Positions 30,829 through 40,801 of a stretch of 64,000 nucleotides of DNA are shown here, piece by piece. This stretch comes from a virus, in the IMG/VR virus record IMGVR_UViG_3300035210_000189, positions 32,001 to 96,000 of that record, one strand, 5' to 3'. Every line of letters starts with the position of its first letter. Within the stretch, counting starts at the first letter, position 1. The notes below the pieces were generated by a model. The model was not told where the DNA came from. It was given only the letters and a program-made list of their open reading frames with translations, and did not search any database. The position numbers were made by a program, and so were the translations under genes.

Positions 30829-31362
30829 ATGTTAAAACAAATTTTTATTGCAGGATCTTTATTGATCGCTTCGATATCCGCTTATGCTGTTGATGAAATA
30901 CCAAAATTATATAACTTTGATTTTAAAGATGACAAGGGAACCATTTCTTTTTCGTTAACGACACCCATTGGTAAAATGATCCCTATTCAAATCGCACAAG
31001 AAGATAAAGATAAAAGTTCTACATGCTTTCTTACATTAAATGATGAATTTGAAACTTCAACGCTTGAAGCTAAACAAAAAGTTAATCTTGGTATAACTGC
31101 GACTATTTATCCTTCCACTATCAAAGATGATGATATTAAATTGATGTTAGTTCTTAACAAACAAGAATACATTGCTTCAGAATCTCCACATGACCCTGTT
31201 AAACTTGGTGATACTTGCGATTTTTCTAACAGTCTTTCTGTAGTAGAAAATACTAACCTGCAGTGGATTGGCAATATTAAAGTGGGCAAAAAAGTAAAAG
31301 TTAAGTTATCTAACGATAATACTCTCTTTATTACAGCGACAGAAGTTAAACCAGACGCTTAA
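30829..31362 (+). CDS. secreted protein, paralog 3 of tandem triplet
   Basis: same motifs as 29667..30176. Confidence 0.75.
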   Translation: MLKQIFIAGSLLIASISAYAVDEIPKLYNFDFKDDKGTISFSLTTPIGKMIPIQIAQEDKDKSSTCFLTLNDEFETSTLEAKQKVNLGITATIYPSTIKDDDIKLMLVLNKQEYIASESPHDPVKLGDTCDFSNSLSVVENTNLQWIGNIKVGKKVKVKLSNDNTLFITATEVKPDA

Positions 31363-31367
31363 TTATT

Positions 31368-32027
31368 ATGAACGAACATGTTTGTAAAATTAAACAAACA
31401 CTGCGTCAATTAGGCTTTTCACTATCAATTGTGGAGAGTCTAACTGATTCACACTTCCATTATTCAACTGAAAACGAACATTTCAAACACTCAAAATATA
31501 TTATTTCAGATTCTTCTAATATAAAAATTTTTGAATTAGAACTCTATGAATATAATGACTATAATACAATTAGTTTAAAGTTTGAACAGCAGCAAGAGAT
31601 TCTTAAAAGAATTAATCTTACAACTTATGATAAAAAAAATCTTTATCGTTACTGCACTCTTCATTTCGATAAAAAGTATGACTTCTTACACCTCAGCATC
31701 AGTGATGGCTTGGACATTATTACTGATAAATTAAAATATTCGTTTGACATTTTTATATGGTTTGACTTTGACATTAATTTAGATTTACAACGAATTAAAG
31801 TTTCTGGATACACTCATTCTGGAACTGAACTTTTATTTGATATTAGTAAGAATAAAGAAAATATACTTCCTATTGATGATGAACTCTTGTTGATTGAATT
31901 TCTTCAATATCAATATAATGATGATATTATTGGTTACGTTCCTGAGTTCTATATACCAGCCGCCTATGATTTCAATTCAGATGAATTTAACATCCGTATT
32001 TCATTAGCTAAAATGATGATTATTTAA
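31368..32027 (+). CDS. hypothetical protein with C-terminal M-x-x-I tag
   Basis: ends RISLAKMMII*. Confidence 0.75.
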   Translation: MNEHVCKIKQTLRQLGFSLSIVESLTDSHFHYSTENEHFKHSKYIISDSSNIKIFELELYEYNDYNTISLKFEQQQEILKRINLTTYDKKNLYRYCTLHFDKKYDFLHLSISDGLDIITDKLKYSFDIFIWFDFDINLDLQRIKVSGYTHSGTELLFDISKNKENILPIDDELLLIEFLQYQYNDDIIGYVPEFYIPAAYDFNSDEFNIRISLAKMMII

Positions 32028-32138
32028 AGGATATTATTTTCTTGAAATATGATAATTTGGATTTCTTAAAAAATAGGTTGCTTTAAAATCCTCATTTTGG
32101 TATACTAGCTCAATTGAAAAAAACGGAGATACACGAAC

Positions 32139-33293
32139 ATGAACCTTTTTCCAAAAATCGAACACATCAACGATATTTTGCCAGCTTTGGCAGGTAAAAC
32201 CTATATCGGTGTGAACAAGCAATCTAACGGTGCAACCGTTCTTTGCTACAACATCAGCAACGGTGAATCTTTTGCTACGCCTTTTGAAAAAGAATGCCGT
32301 GGTATCACCTTTGACCGTGATGGTAAAATTGTAAACCGTCCTTTGCACAAGTTTTTCAACTTGGCAGAGCGTGAAGAAGTATTGCCACACAACATTAACT
32401 GGGATGATGTGGTTGCTGTCTTCGATAAGATGGATGGTTCTATGATTACTGCTGGTGTGTTTCATGGCGACGTATTTGTAAAATCCAAAAAGTCTTTTGA
32501 ATCAGATGTGGCTGTGTCGGCTTTGGCTTATGTTAAAGCAAACCATAAATACGAAGATTTCATTAAGCATTGTGCATCCTTGGATTTGACACCAATCTTT
32601 GAATACACTTCGCCAAACAACCGTATCGTGTTGCGTTACGATGAAGAAAAAATGACGTTGTTGCATGTGCGTCATACTATCAATGGTAATTATTTCATGC
32701 CAGATGAAGTGGCTGCATTGGCTAAGTCGTTTGATATTCCAGTGAACGCTCCATTGTTTGGTAAAGGTTTTGACTTGAAAGCATTGTTGCATTCATTGGA
32801 CACTGTTGAAGGGATTGAAGGTTACGTTATTCAGTTCTCAAATGGTAACATGGTTAAGGTAAAAACAACTTGGTATGTTAACTTACACCACGCAGTAACA
32901 TTCGTGCGTATTCGTGACATTGCTCGCTTGGTTTTATCCGAGAAAATTGACGACTACATTGCATTTGTTGCATTACATGCAAAAGACGCTGATTTGACTC
33001 AAATCCATTACATCAATGACACGATTAAAGCAGAAATTGAAGGAATCAAGAAAGACGTTGCTGATATTTTGGCTCAACATGAAGGTGTTGATTTCAAAAC
33101 CTTGGCAACCACCTACTTGGGTCATCCATATTTCTCTTTCATCATGACTACCGCTCGCGGTAAAGAAGTTGATTACTTGGATTACTACGAACGTAATCGT
33201 TTGAAAGAAGTCTGGTCTTTGGAGCAAGTTGACTTGGGCAACTTCACAGGGACTGATGATTCTGATGATGAAGTTCCAGTAGATGAAGATTAA
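32139..33293 (+). CDS. RNA ligase 1 (T4 Rnl1/RnlA family)
   Basis: ECRG, RPLHKFFN, KMDGS (motif I), FEYTSPNNRIVLRY, IEGYVI, VKVKT.WY. Confidence 0.9.
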   Translation: MNLFPKIEHINDILPALAGKTYIGVNKQSNGATVLCYNISNGESFATPFEKECRGITFDRDGKIVNRPLHKFFNLAEREEVLPHNINWDDVVAVFDKMDGSMITAGVFHGDVFVKSKKSFESDVAVSALAYVKANHKYEDFIKHCASLDLTPIFEYTSPNNRIVLRYDEEKMTLLHVRHTINGNYFMPDEVAALAKSFDIPVNAPLFGKGFDLKALLHSLDTVEGIEGYVIQFSNGNMVKVKTTWYVNLHHAVTFVRIRDIARLVLSEKIDDYIAFVALHAKDADLTQIHYINDTIKAEIEGIKKDVADILAQHEGVDFKTLATTYLGHPYFSFIMTTARGKEVDYLDYYERNRLKEVWSLEQVDLGNFTGTDDSDDEVPVDED

Positions 33294-33368
33294 TCACTAT
33301 CCTCTGATAAGACGTTCTCACGAACGTCTTTTTTAATCAATTTGTTTATATGATTGGAGATACACATT

Positions 33369-33890
33369 ATGGAAAAAGTTAATGATAGTTTTAGTTCTAT
33401 TATGTTATCATGCACAAAAAATGTATTGTTAACCATCGCAGGTATTTGCTTGGTTTATTTTTCGTTCGTTTTGGTGACTAATAATTGGACTTCGATAACT
33501 AACAACATCATGTCTTTTTTGATTATTTTCAACCCTATTAAAACGTTCCTATTTGAACACTTGGGTAAAATATTTATAGGATGGCTCATTCTTTCAGTTT
33601 GGAGTGGTTGTATTTTTTACAAAATCGAGACATCCGATTTTATAATTCAGACTCCGACTGCTTTAAATGCTCTATTATTTATGCTCATACCGACTGGCAG
33701 CTTAATCTTTTTCTTGTTAGCTAATGTTTTTGAGGTATGGCTTGTCAGTGCAATATGTGTCATTATTGCTCTCATAATGCTATTTACATTTCTGTGTATA
33801 ACTTGTTGCATTTTGTTTCCGGGGACAGTAATACACCCAGTAGATAGTAATCAAGAACAGTTAGATTTATTCAATAACACGCCACAATAG
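33369..33890 (+). CDS. four-TM membrane protein, paralog 1 (C-terminal QLDLF)
   Basis: shared M.KV....S..M.S.T.N..L...G, F..LGK.F.GW. Confidence 0.75.
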   Translation: MEKVNDSFSSIMLSCTKNVLLTIAGICLVYFSFVLVTNNWTSITNNIMSFLIIFNPIKTFLFEHLGKIFIGWLILSVWSGCIFYKIETSDFIIQTPTALNALLFMLIPTGSLIFFLLANVFEVWLVSAICVIIALIMLFTFLCITCCILFPGTVIHPVDSNQEQLDLFNNTPQ

Positions 33891-33926
33891 TTCTTAATTC
33901 ATTATTATACATTGGAGATCTACATT

Positions 33927-34448
33927 ATGAAAAAAGTTAATGATAAGGTTAATTCTGCTGTTATGTCATCGACAAAGAATGTATTGCTAGCCGTTGTAGG
34001 TATTTACTTACTTTATTTATTAGGTTCTTTTATTTCAAACAACGGATTTTCATTTGAAACTGTATTTCCACAAATTAAAGAATTTGCCTTTGAAAATTTG
34101 GGTAAGTTTTTTGTAGGATGGCTAATCATCTTCGCTTGGACTATTTGTACTATGGTTAAATTAGATAAAACCAATACTGGTATACCAAAAGTGTTTTCTA
34201 TTCTATTTTTTGCTACAACACTTATTGGAAGTATTATTTTATTCATGGTAACTAGTGCTTCAACACATGAAGGTATCACAATATTTTCTTTTGTTTTGGG
34301 CTGTTTACTTCTTATTGTATGTTTTGGTCTTTGTATTGTTCACTCTATGCCGGATACATTTGGTGAATATGTGCCACCACCTAACCCGTTTTTTGAACAA
34401 AAACGTGAAGTCTCATATAGAGTTAGATTTAGAATCACTATAAAATAA
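33927..34448 (+). CDS. four-TM membrane protein, paralog 2
   Basis: same motifs as 33369..33890. Confidence 0.75.
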   Translation: MKKVNDKVNSAVMSSTKNVLLAVVGIYLLYLLGSFISNNGFSFETVFPQIKEFAFENLGKFFVGWLIIFAWTICTMVKLDKTNTGIPKVFSILFFATTLIGSIILFMVTSASTHEGITIFSFVLGCLLLIVCFGLCIVHSMPDTFGEYVPPPNPFFEQKREVSYRVRFRITIK

Positions 34449-34608
34449 ATCTATACGTGTATGTTTACTTGATAATCAGTTACAATAATTTATATAGGGC
34501 GTTCTTCGGAACGTCTTTTTTATTGTTAAAATAAATATTAGTTTTCAACTTGTTGACTTTTTTTTAATAAATAATATTATATATTCAACTTATTGGAGTA
34601 GTAATGTT

Positions 34609-35142
34609 ATGGATAAAGTTAAAAAAAGTTTAGTTTCTATTATGTTCTCATGTACACGCAATATAGTACTTGCTGTCGCAGGTCTTTATTTACTGTTTTT
34701 ATTATTATGCGTTGTTCAGGACAATTGGGCATCTATTAATGCCAGTATAATTTCTTTTATTAACAGTTTTAAACCACTTAAAGATTTCTTGTTTGCACAT
34801 CTTGGAAAAATATTTATTGGTTGGGTAATTATATCTCTTTGGTTAGTTTGTGTTTTCATAAAAATGGAAGAAAATGAAATCAAAGATTCAACTTTACTTA
34901 ATTTTATAAGTTTCTTATTATTTCCTATTGGCTCAATTATGTTCTTCATGGTTCCTTTTCAGCTTGGGATGGAATGGCTTCCTATTAATATTATATCTTG
35001 TTTGGTTTCATTTGCCTTATTCGTATTTTCCATTGGGTTGGTTGCTGTTTTTTTTAGTGAAGATATTGTTAAAAAATTAGAAATTGAAACTCCATTAGAT
35101 ATTGAAGCTCCAGAACAATTAGAATTATTTGAGAAAAAATAA
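34609..35142 (+). CDS. four-TM membrane protein, paralog 3 (C-terminal QLELF)
   Basis: same motifs as 33369..33890. Confidence 0.75.
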   Translation: MDKVKKSLVSIMFSCTRNIVLAVAGLYLLFLLLCVVQDNWASINASIISFINSFKPLKDFLFAHLGKIFIGWVIISLWLVCVFIKMEENEIKDSTLLNFISFLLFPIGSIMFFMVPFQLGMEWLPINIISCLVSFALFVFSIGLVAVFFSEDIVKKLEIETPLDIEAPEQLELFEKK

Positions 35143-35233
35143 ATCAATAGTCCCATAAAAAGACGTTTTCACAGCGTCTTTTTTTTGCTTTATTGATTTT
35201 AACATGCTATTATAGCGACAATCAAAAAATATT

Positions 35234-35863
35234 ATGAGGTCTTCAATAGTGATTAATTTAGTTACCGACAAACAAACCATTAAAACCATTAAATCAGGTT
35301 TAAGTTTAGATGATATTCAACATCCTGCTATTCGAATTGACCACTGGGTGTATAACGCTCAGATATTCAGAGATTTGCAGATGGATAATAATGGGTTCAA
35401 ACCCCCTGCTGACATTCTTAACTATCTTTATTGTGCGTCTTACAATGACTTTTTAAAAGCCTATAACATTACCAAGAGTAGTTTTGTGTTTGACACCTTC
35501 AGACGTTACAAGCATTACGCCTTGAAATACCAAAAAGGAGCAGACACCTATTACTTTACCGTTAGTTATAATTCTGAGCGTGGTATGGATATTATCTTTT
35601 ATCCGCACATGATACCTTCTGGTTTTGATGCTAGGGCTTGGAACGAGTTTGAGGGCGAATTGTATTTGGAATATGCCAACCTTATGTATGAGTTCTTGAC
35701 AGAGTTTTATGCCTCCATTTTGAATCATTTGTTTGATACTTATGATGTTAATTCAATTATTGATAACTTCTCAAAATCATACCGCAATTCAGCCGGTGCT
35801 GTTGCTATTTTAACTGAATATGAACAAACTCGTGACATTACATTGATTATGCCAGCACTGTAA
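35234..35863 (+). CDS. hypothetical protein (weak C-terminal tag variant ITLIMPAL*)
   Basis: 209 aa ORF with promoter. Confidence 0.7.
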   Translation: MRSSIVINLVTDKQTIKTIKSGLSLDDIQHPAIRIDHWVYNAQIFRDLQMDNNGFKPPADILNYLYCASYNDFLKAYNITKSSFVFDTFRRYKHYALKYQKGADTYYFTVSYNSERGMDIIFYPHMIPSGFDARAWNEFEGELYLEYANLMYEFLTEFYASILNHLFDTYDVNSIIDNFSKSYRNSAGAVAILTEYEQTRDITLIMPAL

Positions 35864-35967
35864 TGTATCTGTAGACAGATTTTTTCAAATATGTTACTAT
35901 TGTAGTTCAGTTGCCTTCTTTTTAGCATTGTGGTATAATCAGCCATCATTTTACAGAGATTATCCAT

Positions 35968-36345
35968 ATGCAACCAAAAGCAGGCTGGACGGAATCGCAA
36001 GTGAATGCGAACATTGCCCTTCGTAGCAGACTATATGTCTCAGGCTTTCTGTTGTCTGGTGTGCTTAAGGATATTCGAGCAGGCATCTTGGAAGCACGGG
36101 TTAACCTTCATTATGAAGATGATATTCCAGTTGGTGTGGTTGTTCTTATCACTGATGGCGTTCCTACTAACTATTTGTCCTCTTATTATGATTTGATGAT
36201 ATTTGTCCGCACCAGTTATCGTAATCGTGGCATAGGTAAAAAACTCATTGATGAGATGAAAGTATCCACTAGCTTGAAAGTGGGTCGTGGATCTCGTTAT
36301 AGCTGTAATTTCTGGCACTCGCAGGGATTTTATCCATATGAATAA
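35968..36345 (+). CDS. GNAT-family acetyltransferase
   Basis: FVRTSYRNRGIGKKLI motif A; FW...GF. Confidence 0.75.
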   Translation: MQPKAGWTESQVNANIALRSRLYVSGFLLSGVLKDIRAGILEARVNLHYEDDIPVGVVVLITDGVPTNYLSSYYDLMIFVRTSYRNRGIGKKLIDEMKVSTSLKVGRGSRYSCNFWHSQGFYPYE

Positions 36346-36886
36346 CACCAATCAGATTATCAATATTATTATTAGCAGTTTTGTGACTTCTTTTAAGAAT
36401 AATCGACTCAATGGTTTAGAATTTAACTTTGATTTTGAACCCATGAAAGAAGTGTGTGCCTATTTTGACGCCAAACCTGTTGGTGCTTATGGCTGCTTTA
36501 CTTTTGAACTCGATGGAAAGACTATTTTCGTTTACAGCACCTACGGCGATTCTGATGCTGCAGAACACGATGAGGAAGAAAACGAAGATGGCATGGTCTT
36601 TGGCATTATCAGTATGGGTTTTTGTTTTTACCTCGATAAGTTCATTTATTGTTTCGATTTAGACGAATGTGGCACTATTATTCGTTTTTTCAAAACAGTT
36701 CAACCATTCAATGGCACTCCTGATATGTTTAGCGGTAAACGTCCATTCTATCATTATCGGGATAAACAGTCTTTGTCTATGCAGGGGTTTGATAAGGATC
36801 TTAATCTTGATGAGCATGAAGAAGCCCGTAAGTGGACAAGTGGCCCAAGAACTCAATTTAATCTTGAAGAATTTTCCATTTTGTGA
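36338..36886 (+). CDS. hypothetical protein
   Basis: ORF overlapping the GNAT stop. Confidence 0.7.
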   Translation: MNNTNQIINIIISSFVTSFKNNRLNGLEFNFDFEPMKEVCAYFDAKPVGAYGCFTFELDGKTIFVYSTYGDSDAAEHDEEENEDGMVFGIISMGFCFYLDKFIYCFDLDECGTIIRFFKTVQPFNGTPDMFSGKRPFYHYRDKQSLSMQGFDKDLNLDEHEEARKWTSGPRTQFNLEEFSIL

Positions 36887-36917
36887 TATTATTAGTTAAA
36901 TAATTTGAGGACACCAA

Positions 36918-37223
36918 ATGAAAACTCATTATCTTTCTATTTTTAACCGTGACACCACTACACTTAATCGCACTTGTGTGACTGACCCTACAACCAGCCT
37001 GCTTAAAGTCAGTGGCGAATTGTCTGATGTCGTCTATGCCGCAGCTAAATTCATTGTAACGGATGGTGTGTTGGTGAAAATCAATGAGGGCGGTCGCTAT
37101 CCTAAGTGCAACATCAACGAAGCACTGTCACCAGAACAGCTTGAAATCATGGAATCTAACTACTCAAAGACAACCACTAAGCATTTGGATACGTCAGATA
37201 AAATTGAGGCTATTTTGGCATGA
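36918..37223 (+). CDS. hypothetical protein
   Basis: GAGG RBS. Confidence 0.7.
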   Translation: MKTHYLSIFNRDTTTLNRTCVTDPTTSLLKVSGELSDVVYAAAKFIVTDGVLVKINEGGRYPKCNINEALSPEQLEIMESNYSKTTTKHLDTSDKIEAILA

Positions 37224-37651
37224 ATACCAAGCTCAAAAAAGAAGAAGTGCAACTCTACAAACCGAAGTTTCGGAATAGAACCCATGCACGAATGGAATTT
37301 TCTGATTGGCAGAAAGAACTCAATCGAAAAATTAGACAACAAATGCCGCCTGAACTTTGTTTTCGTGTGGCTATTCGTGATCACTTTCTTGATCGCTTGA
37401 TGGATCGAGAAGCAGATCCTCGGCATATCAAAAAACTCATTGAAGACACCATTCAGAAAAAAATGTGTGAAATTCTTTTTTTTGGTGCTTTGAATAAAGA
37501 TTTTCCACGCATGGTTTTTACAGATACAATTCACCATGTGATGACAACATGGTCAGATCATGACCGAACTATTATTTTACGTTCTTATGTTCTTAATAAT
37601 GAAAGGCATATGGGGCTTAATCCAGAGTTTACTTTGAACCCCCATATTTAA
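37220..37651 (+). CDS. hypothetical protein
   Basis: ATGA overlap; contains an HFLDRL..R motif. Confidence 0.7.
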   Translation: MNTKLKKEEVQLYKPKFRNRTHARMEFSDWQKELNRKIRQQMPPELCFRVAIRDHFLDRLMDREADPRHIKKLIEDTIQKKMCEILFFGALNKDFPRMVFTDTIHHVMTTWSDHDRTIILRSYVLNNERHMGLNPEFTLNPHI

Positions 37652-37718
37652 AGATTTTTATTGCATAAACCATTTTTTACTGGTATACTCTTGCAATCAT
37701 ACTATTGGAGATTTAACA

Positions 37719-38111
37719 ATGTTTAAAGAAATGTCTCAACAAACTCAAGATCTTATTGTGGAATCACTTAACAGTGTTGTCACTAAACTCACTTGTTTCA
37801 ATGGTGAAATTGCTGTTCTGATGCAAGACCGTGCTGAACCCTACCAAAATATCAATGATGCTGTGACTGACAAACTTGAAAGCGTTGTTGAATTGTTTAC
37901 CGAAGACGGCCATGTGATTGATGAAGTCGATGCCTATGCCAAAATGGTTGTTCTGAAAGCCCTTAATGACCGTATCAAAGAACTCGAAACCTCGATGACT
38001 TACTTTGCTCAGTTTGGTGAAGTCTTGCCAGTTGAAGAAGTTATTTATGTTTATGAAGGCAAAATCAAAGCTCTTTTTGGTGCTCAGATGGAGTTTTTGA
38101 CTGCGACCTAA
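37719..38111 (+). CDS. hypothetical protein
   Basis: promoter, GGAG RBS, terminator. Confidence 0.75.
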   Translation: MFKEMSQQTQDLIVESLNSVVTKLTCFNGEIAVLMQDRAEPYQNINDAVTDKLESVVELFTEDGHVIDEVDAYAKMVVLKALNDRIKELETSMTYFAQFGEVLPVEEVIYVYEGKIKALFGAQMEFLTAT

Positions 38112-38223
38112 TAGAAAGCGATCCTTTTTACCAAAAAGACCATCTTCGGATGGTTTTTTTATTGTTATTTTTCATGAAACGTATTATAATACAAGCCTAA
38201 ATCACAACCATGAGTAAACTGAC

Positions 38224-38655
38224 ATGCCTAATTTCAATTTAAATGACGTTGTTGCTGATCTGACTAATATGCATCAGTGGCGGAATCCTGAGCAGTTTAA
38301 ATCCGAGTTGTTTGTATACGATTTTAACAAGCGTGTTTTCATGACCAATGAAAATAGTTTTATCATCAAGTCTTCTCATCAAAATCAAAATTCTGATCTC
38401 TTTATGTCTGATAGTGCTATTTTTTCGAATGTCAGTGGTTTGAGTGAAGATAATTCCCGTGTCTTGTTTAACCTAACACCGCACCTTCATGGCATTGGAA
38501 TTATTTTGAAAGAACAATTGAAAGAGCAAGAGCTGGTAAATCTTCGGGCCAGTATTGCTGATGGAGCTGAGGATGATATGGTTCAATACATCACAGCATT
38601 GAAAGATGCCTTCTTGACCTATTTTGATCGACTACATGAAGAAATTGCAGCATAG
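38224..38655 (+). CDS. hypothetical protein, paralog of 38708..39136
   Basis: clearly similar tandem pair, both ending ALKDAFLTYFDRL.EEIAA. Confidence 0.8.
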   Translation: MPNFNLNDVVADLTNMHQWRNPEQFKSELFVYDFNKRVFMTNENSFIIKSSHQNQNSDLFMSDSAIFSNVSGLSEDNSRVLFNLTPHLHGIGIILKEQLKEQELVNLRASIADGAEDDMVQYITALKDAFLTYFDRLHEEIAA

Positions 38656-38707
38656 TTTATCGAAAATTCTACTTATTATTCTTAATTCCGTTGAATGAGG
38701 TAAATCT

Positions 38708-39136
38708 ATGAAAAATTTTAATGTGAATGATGTTGTTGCTGATATTACCAATATCCATGAGTGGCGAGACACTACAAAATTCAAGTCAGAAGTCTTTATT
38801 CATGAATTCTTCAAGCGTGTATTGGTGACGGATGAAAAGCATTTTCTTATTAAATCTGTCCACAATGTCCCTGATTGGAATATGTTCATGCCTGACGATG
38901 TTATTTTCTCTCAGTCTACGGGTTTGGATGAGTCAAAAACTCGAGTGTTGTTTAATCTCACTCCACATATGGCTGGGATTGGTTTGATCCTTAAAGCTAG
39001 TTTGAAGGAAAAAGGCATTACCCCTATTCGCTCTGAACTCGCTGACAACGTTCCATATGTTATTCGATATGACAGGGCATTGAAAGACGCCTTCTTGACC
39101 TACTTTGACCGTTTGTATGAAGAAATTGCTGCATAA
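38708..39136 (+). CDS. hypothetical protein, paralog of 38224..38655
   Basis: same motifs as 38224..38655. Confidence 0.8.
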   Translation: MKNFNVNDVVADITNIHEWRDTTKFKSEVFIHEFFKRVLVTDEKHFLIKSVHNVPDWNMFMPDDVIFSQSTGLDESKTRVLFNLTPHMAGIGLILKASLKEKGITPIRSELADNVPYVIRYDRALKDAFLTYFDRLYEEIAA

Positions 39137-39206
39137 TTTTGTTGACTACTATTGTTAAATTTGATAATATTGACACGTAAACAACCAATCAATAAAGGTG
39201 AATAAA

Positions 39207-39344
39207 ATGCAAGGTTCATTTGGTGATGCAACAGAACGTTTTCGGGGTGGTAAGAAAAAAGACACCGAGAAGGCTAAACATAATCGTCAAGATCAAAGCT
39301 TTCGCAACAAACGCCGTAAACGCCACGCTTCGCTTGAGGATTAA
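39207..39344 (+). CDS. 45 aa basic small protein (not in ORF track)
   Basis: MQGSFGDATERFRGGKKKDTEKAKHNRQDQSFRNKRRKRHASLED; AAGGTG RBS; TTGACT promoter. Confidence 0.6.
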   Translation: MQGSFGDATERFRGGKKKDTEKAKHNRQDQSFRNKRRKRHASLED

Positions 39345-39347
39345 ACA

Positions 39348-39620
39348 ATGACTAACCGTGTAATTACTATTAAAAAAGTTGGCAATGCCAATAATGTCAT
39401 GTATCGGGATGTCCTTGTTGGGTGTTTTGAAGATGGTGACACAGAATCTCTGGCTGCCATTATTGATCGGGCGATTGATGTTTATATTGAACGAAGCACT
39501 CCAAAGACTGCTGACATTCGTGATGCCTGTATTAAACTGGCTGAACTTAGTTATGATCTTGGTCGTAAAGGTGGTTCTAAAAGTTCATTAACTTCCCTTA
39601 TTAATATTGCTTGTCGATAA
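39348..39620 (+). CDS. hypothetical protein, paralog of 39648..39911
   Basis: V.Y.D...G..EDGD motif shared. Confidence 0.7.
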   Translation: MTNRVITIKKVGNANNVMYRDVLVGCFEDGDTESLAAIIDRAIDVYIERSTPKTADIRDACIKLAELSYDLGRKGGSKSSLTSLINIACR

Positions 39621-39647
39621 CTATTTATTTCTTCATCGAGGCTAACC

Positions 39648-39911
39648 ATGAACCTTATCAAAATCACACATTTGCCTATGCAACACGTCAGCAGTGTTTA
39701 TTACAAAGATTCGTTTATTGGTATTGCCGAAGATGGTGATTCTACTGCCATGCAGCGACTAATGAATCAAGCATTGGAACTTCATGATAAAAAAGAGAAA
39801 GAAAAAGAAACGGATGCTCTTTTAAAAGTAGCTCGTGCTGTTTATCGTCTTGATCAAGATGAAGTATCCGAGGCCAAAATGCTTGAAATCGTCAAGGAAT
39901 CTTTTGCATGA
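39648..39911 (+). CDS. hypothetical protein, paralog of 39348..39620
   Basis: V.Y.D...G..EDGD motif shared. Confidence 0.7.
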   Translation: MNLIKITHLPMQHVSSVYYKDSFIGIAEDGDSTAMQRLMNQALELHDKKEKEKETDALLKVARAVYRLDQDEVSEAKMLEIVKESFA

Positions 39912-40381
39912 AGTATATTTCTCTGTCTAACAATGCACCAGCCGTGGCTAGTGCATTGGGCATTCAAAGTTATAAAATCAAAGACACCATTCTTGACGTT
40001 TTCAAAACGATGGAAATAAAATACCCTAATTTTGACGACTGGTTTGGTAAAATCTTCGTTGAAGTTTTAATGGAAGACGTTCGTCGTGACATTATTCTGG
40101 CAATGGATGGAACTAAGATTGCTGGTATCCTGATTTTGAAAGATATGGATGGCGAAAAGAAAATTTGTAACATTGTTGTGCTGCCTGCATATCGTAAACA
40201 AGGGGTGGCTACTGAATTGTTTGAGTTGGCTTTTGAATACCTTGGCACTCGAAAACCGATGATTTCGATGTCCCAAGATCTTGTTCCAAGTTTTGCAGCA
40301 TTGATTCGAAAATACAAGTTTAAATTGACCAACATTGATTATACTTACAATAAAAATAAGATAGAATTTTACTACAATTAA
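39908..40381 (+). CDS. GNAT-family acetyltransferase
   Basis: YPNFDDWF, EKKICNIVVLPAYRKQGVATELF. Confidence 0.8.
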   Translation: MKYISLSNNAPAVASALGIQSYKIKDTILDVFKTMEIKYPNFDDWFGKIFVEVLMEDVRRDIILAMDGTKIAGILILKDMDGEKKICNIVVLPAYRKQGVATELFELAFEYLGTRKPMISMSQDLVPSFAALIRKYKFKLTNIDYTYNKNKIEFYYN

Positions 40382-40429
40382 AATAAAATAGTTGACTTTG
40401 TGTTGGTATTACACTATAATTATCAAATC

Positions 40430-40513
40430 GCGGAAATGGTGGAATGGTAGACACGCTGGTCTTAGAAGCCAGTGCCGAGAGGCGTGTGGGTTCGAGTCCC
40501 ACTTTCCGCACCA
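40430..40513 (+). tRNA. tRNA-Leu (anticodon TAG)
   Basis: acceptor GCGGAAA/TTTCCGC-A-CCA, anticodon arm CTGGT-CTTAGAA-GCCAG, long variable arm, TTCGAGT T-loop; own TTGACT..TATAAT promoter and terminator. Confidence 0.95.
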
Positions 40514-40591
40514 GTTTATATAAGGCTCACAGTTGTGGGTCTTTTTTTTAACTATTTGTTGATGTATTCAATACTTTAAGAGGTTGTTATT

Positions 40592-40801
40592 GTGCCTAAA
40601 ACCATTCCACTGCCCAGAAAGAAATCCAATCAATTACTTTTTGTAACTGTTTTTTCTTTTGTTGGCATTTTTATTGGTATGATGATTTTTGGTATTAGTA
40701 TTCATCATTTTAATGGTCAAAAATCAAGGTATAATAACGATTCTGTTAAATCGCAGGACTTAATTAAATCTTTCTTTTCACAAAAAGGCAGTGGTAAATG
40801 A
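40592..40801 (+). CDS. small single-TM protein
   Basis: GTG start after GAGG; hydrophobic helix. Confidence 0.55.
   Translation: MPKTIPLPRKKSNQLLFVTVFSFVGIFIGMMIFGISIHHFNGQKSRYNNDSVKSQDLIKSFFSQKGSGK

Noticed and set aside
40320-40511. ORF antisense to tRNA-Leu (also 53600..53836 over tRNA-Cys)
   Set aside because: Typical shadow ORFs of tRNA genes.
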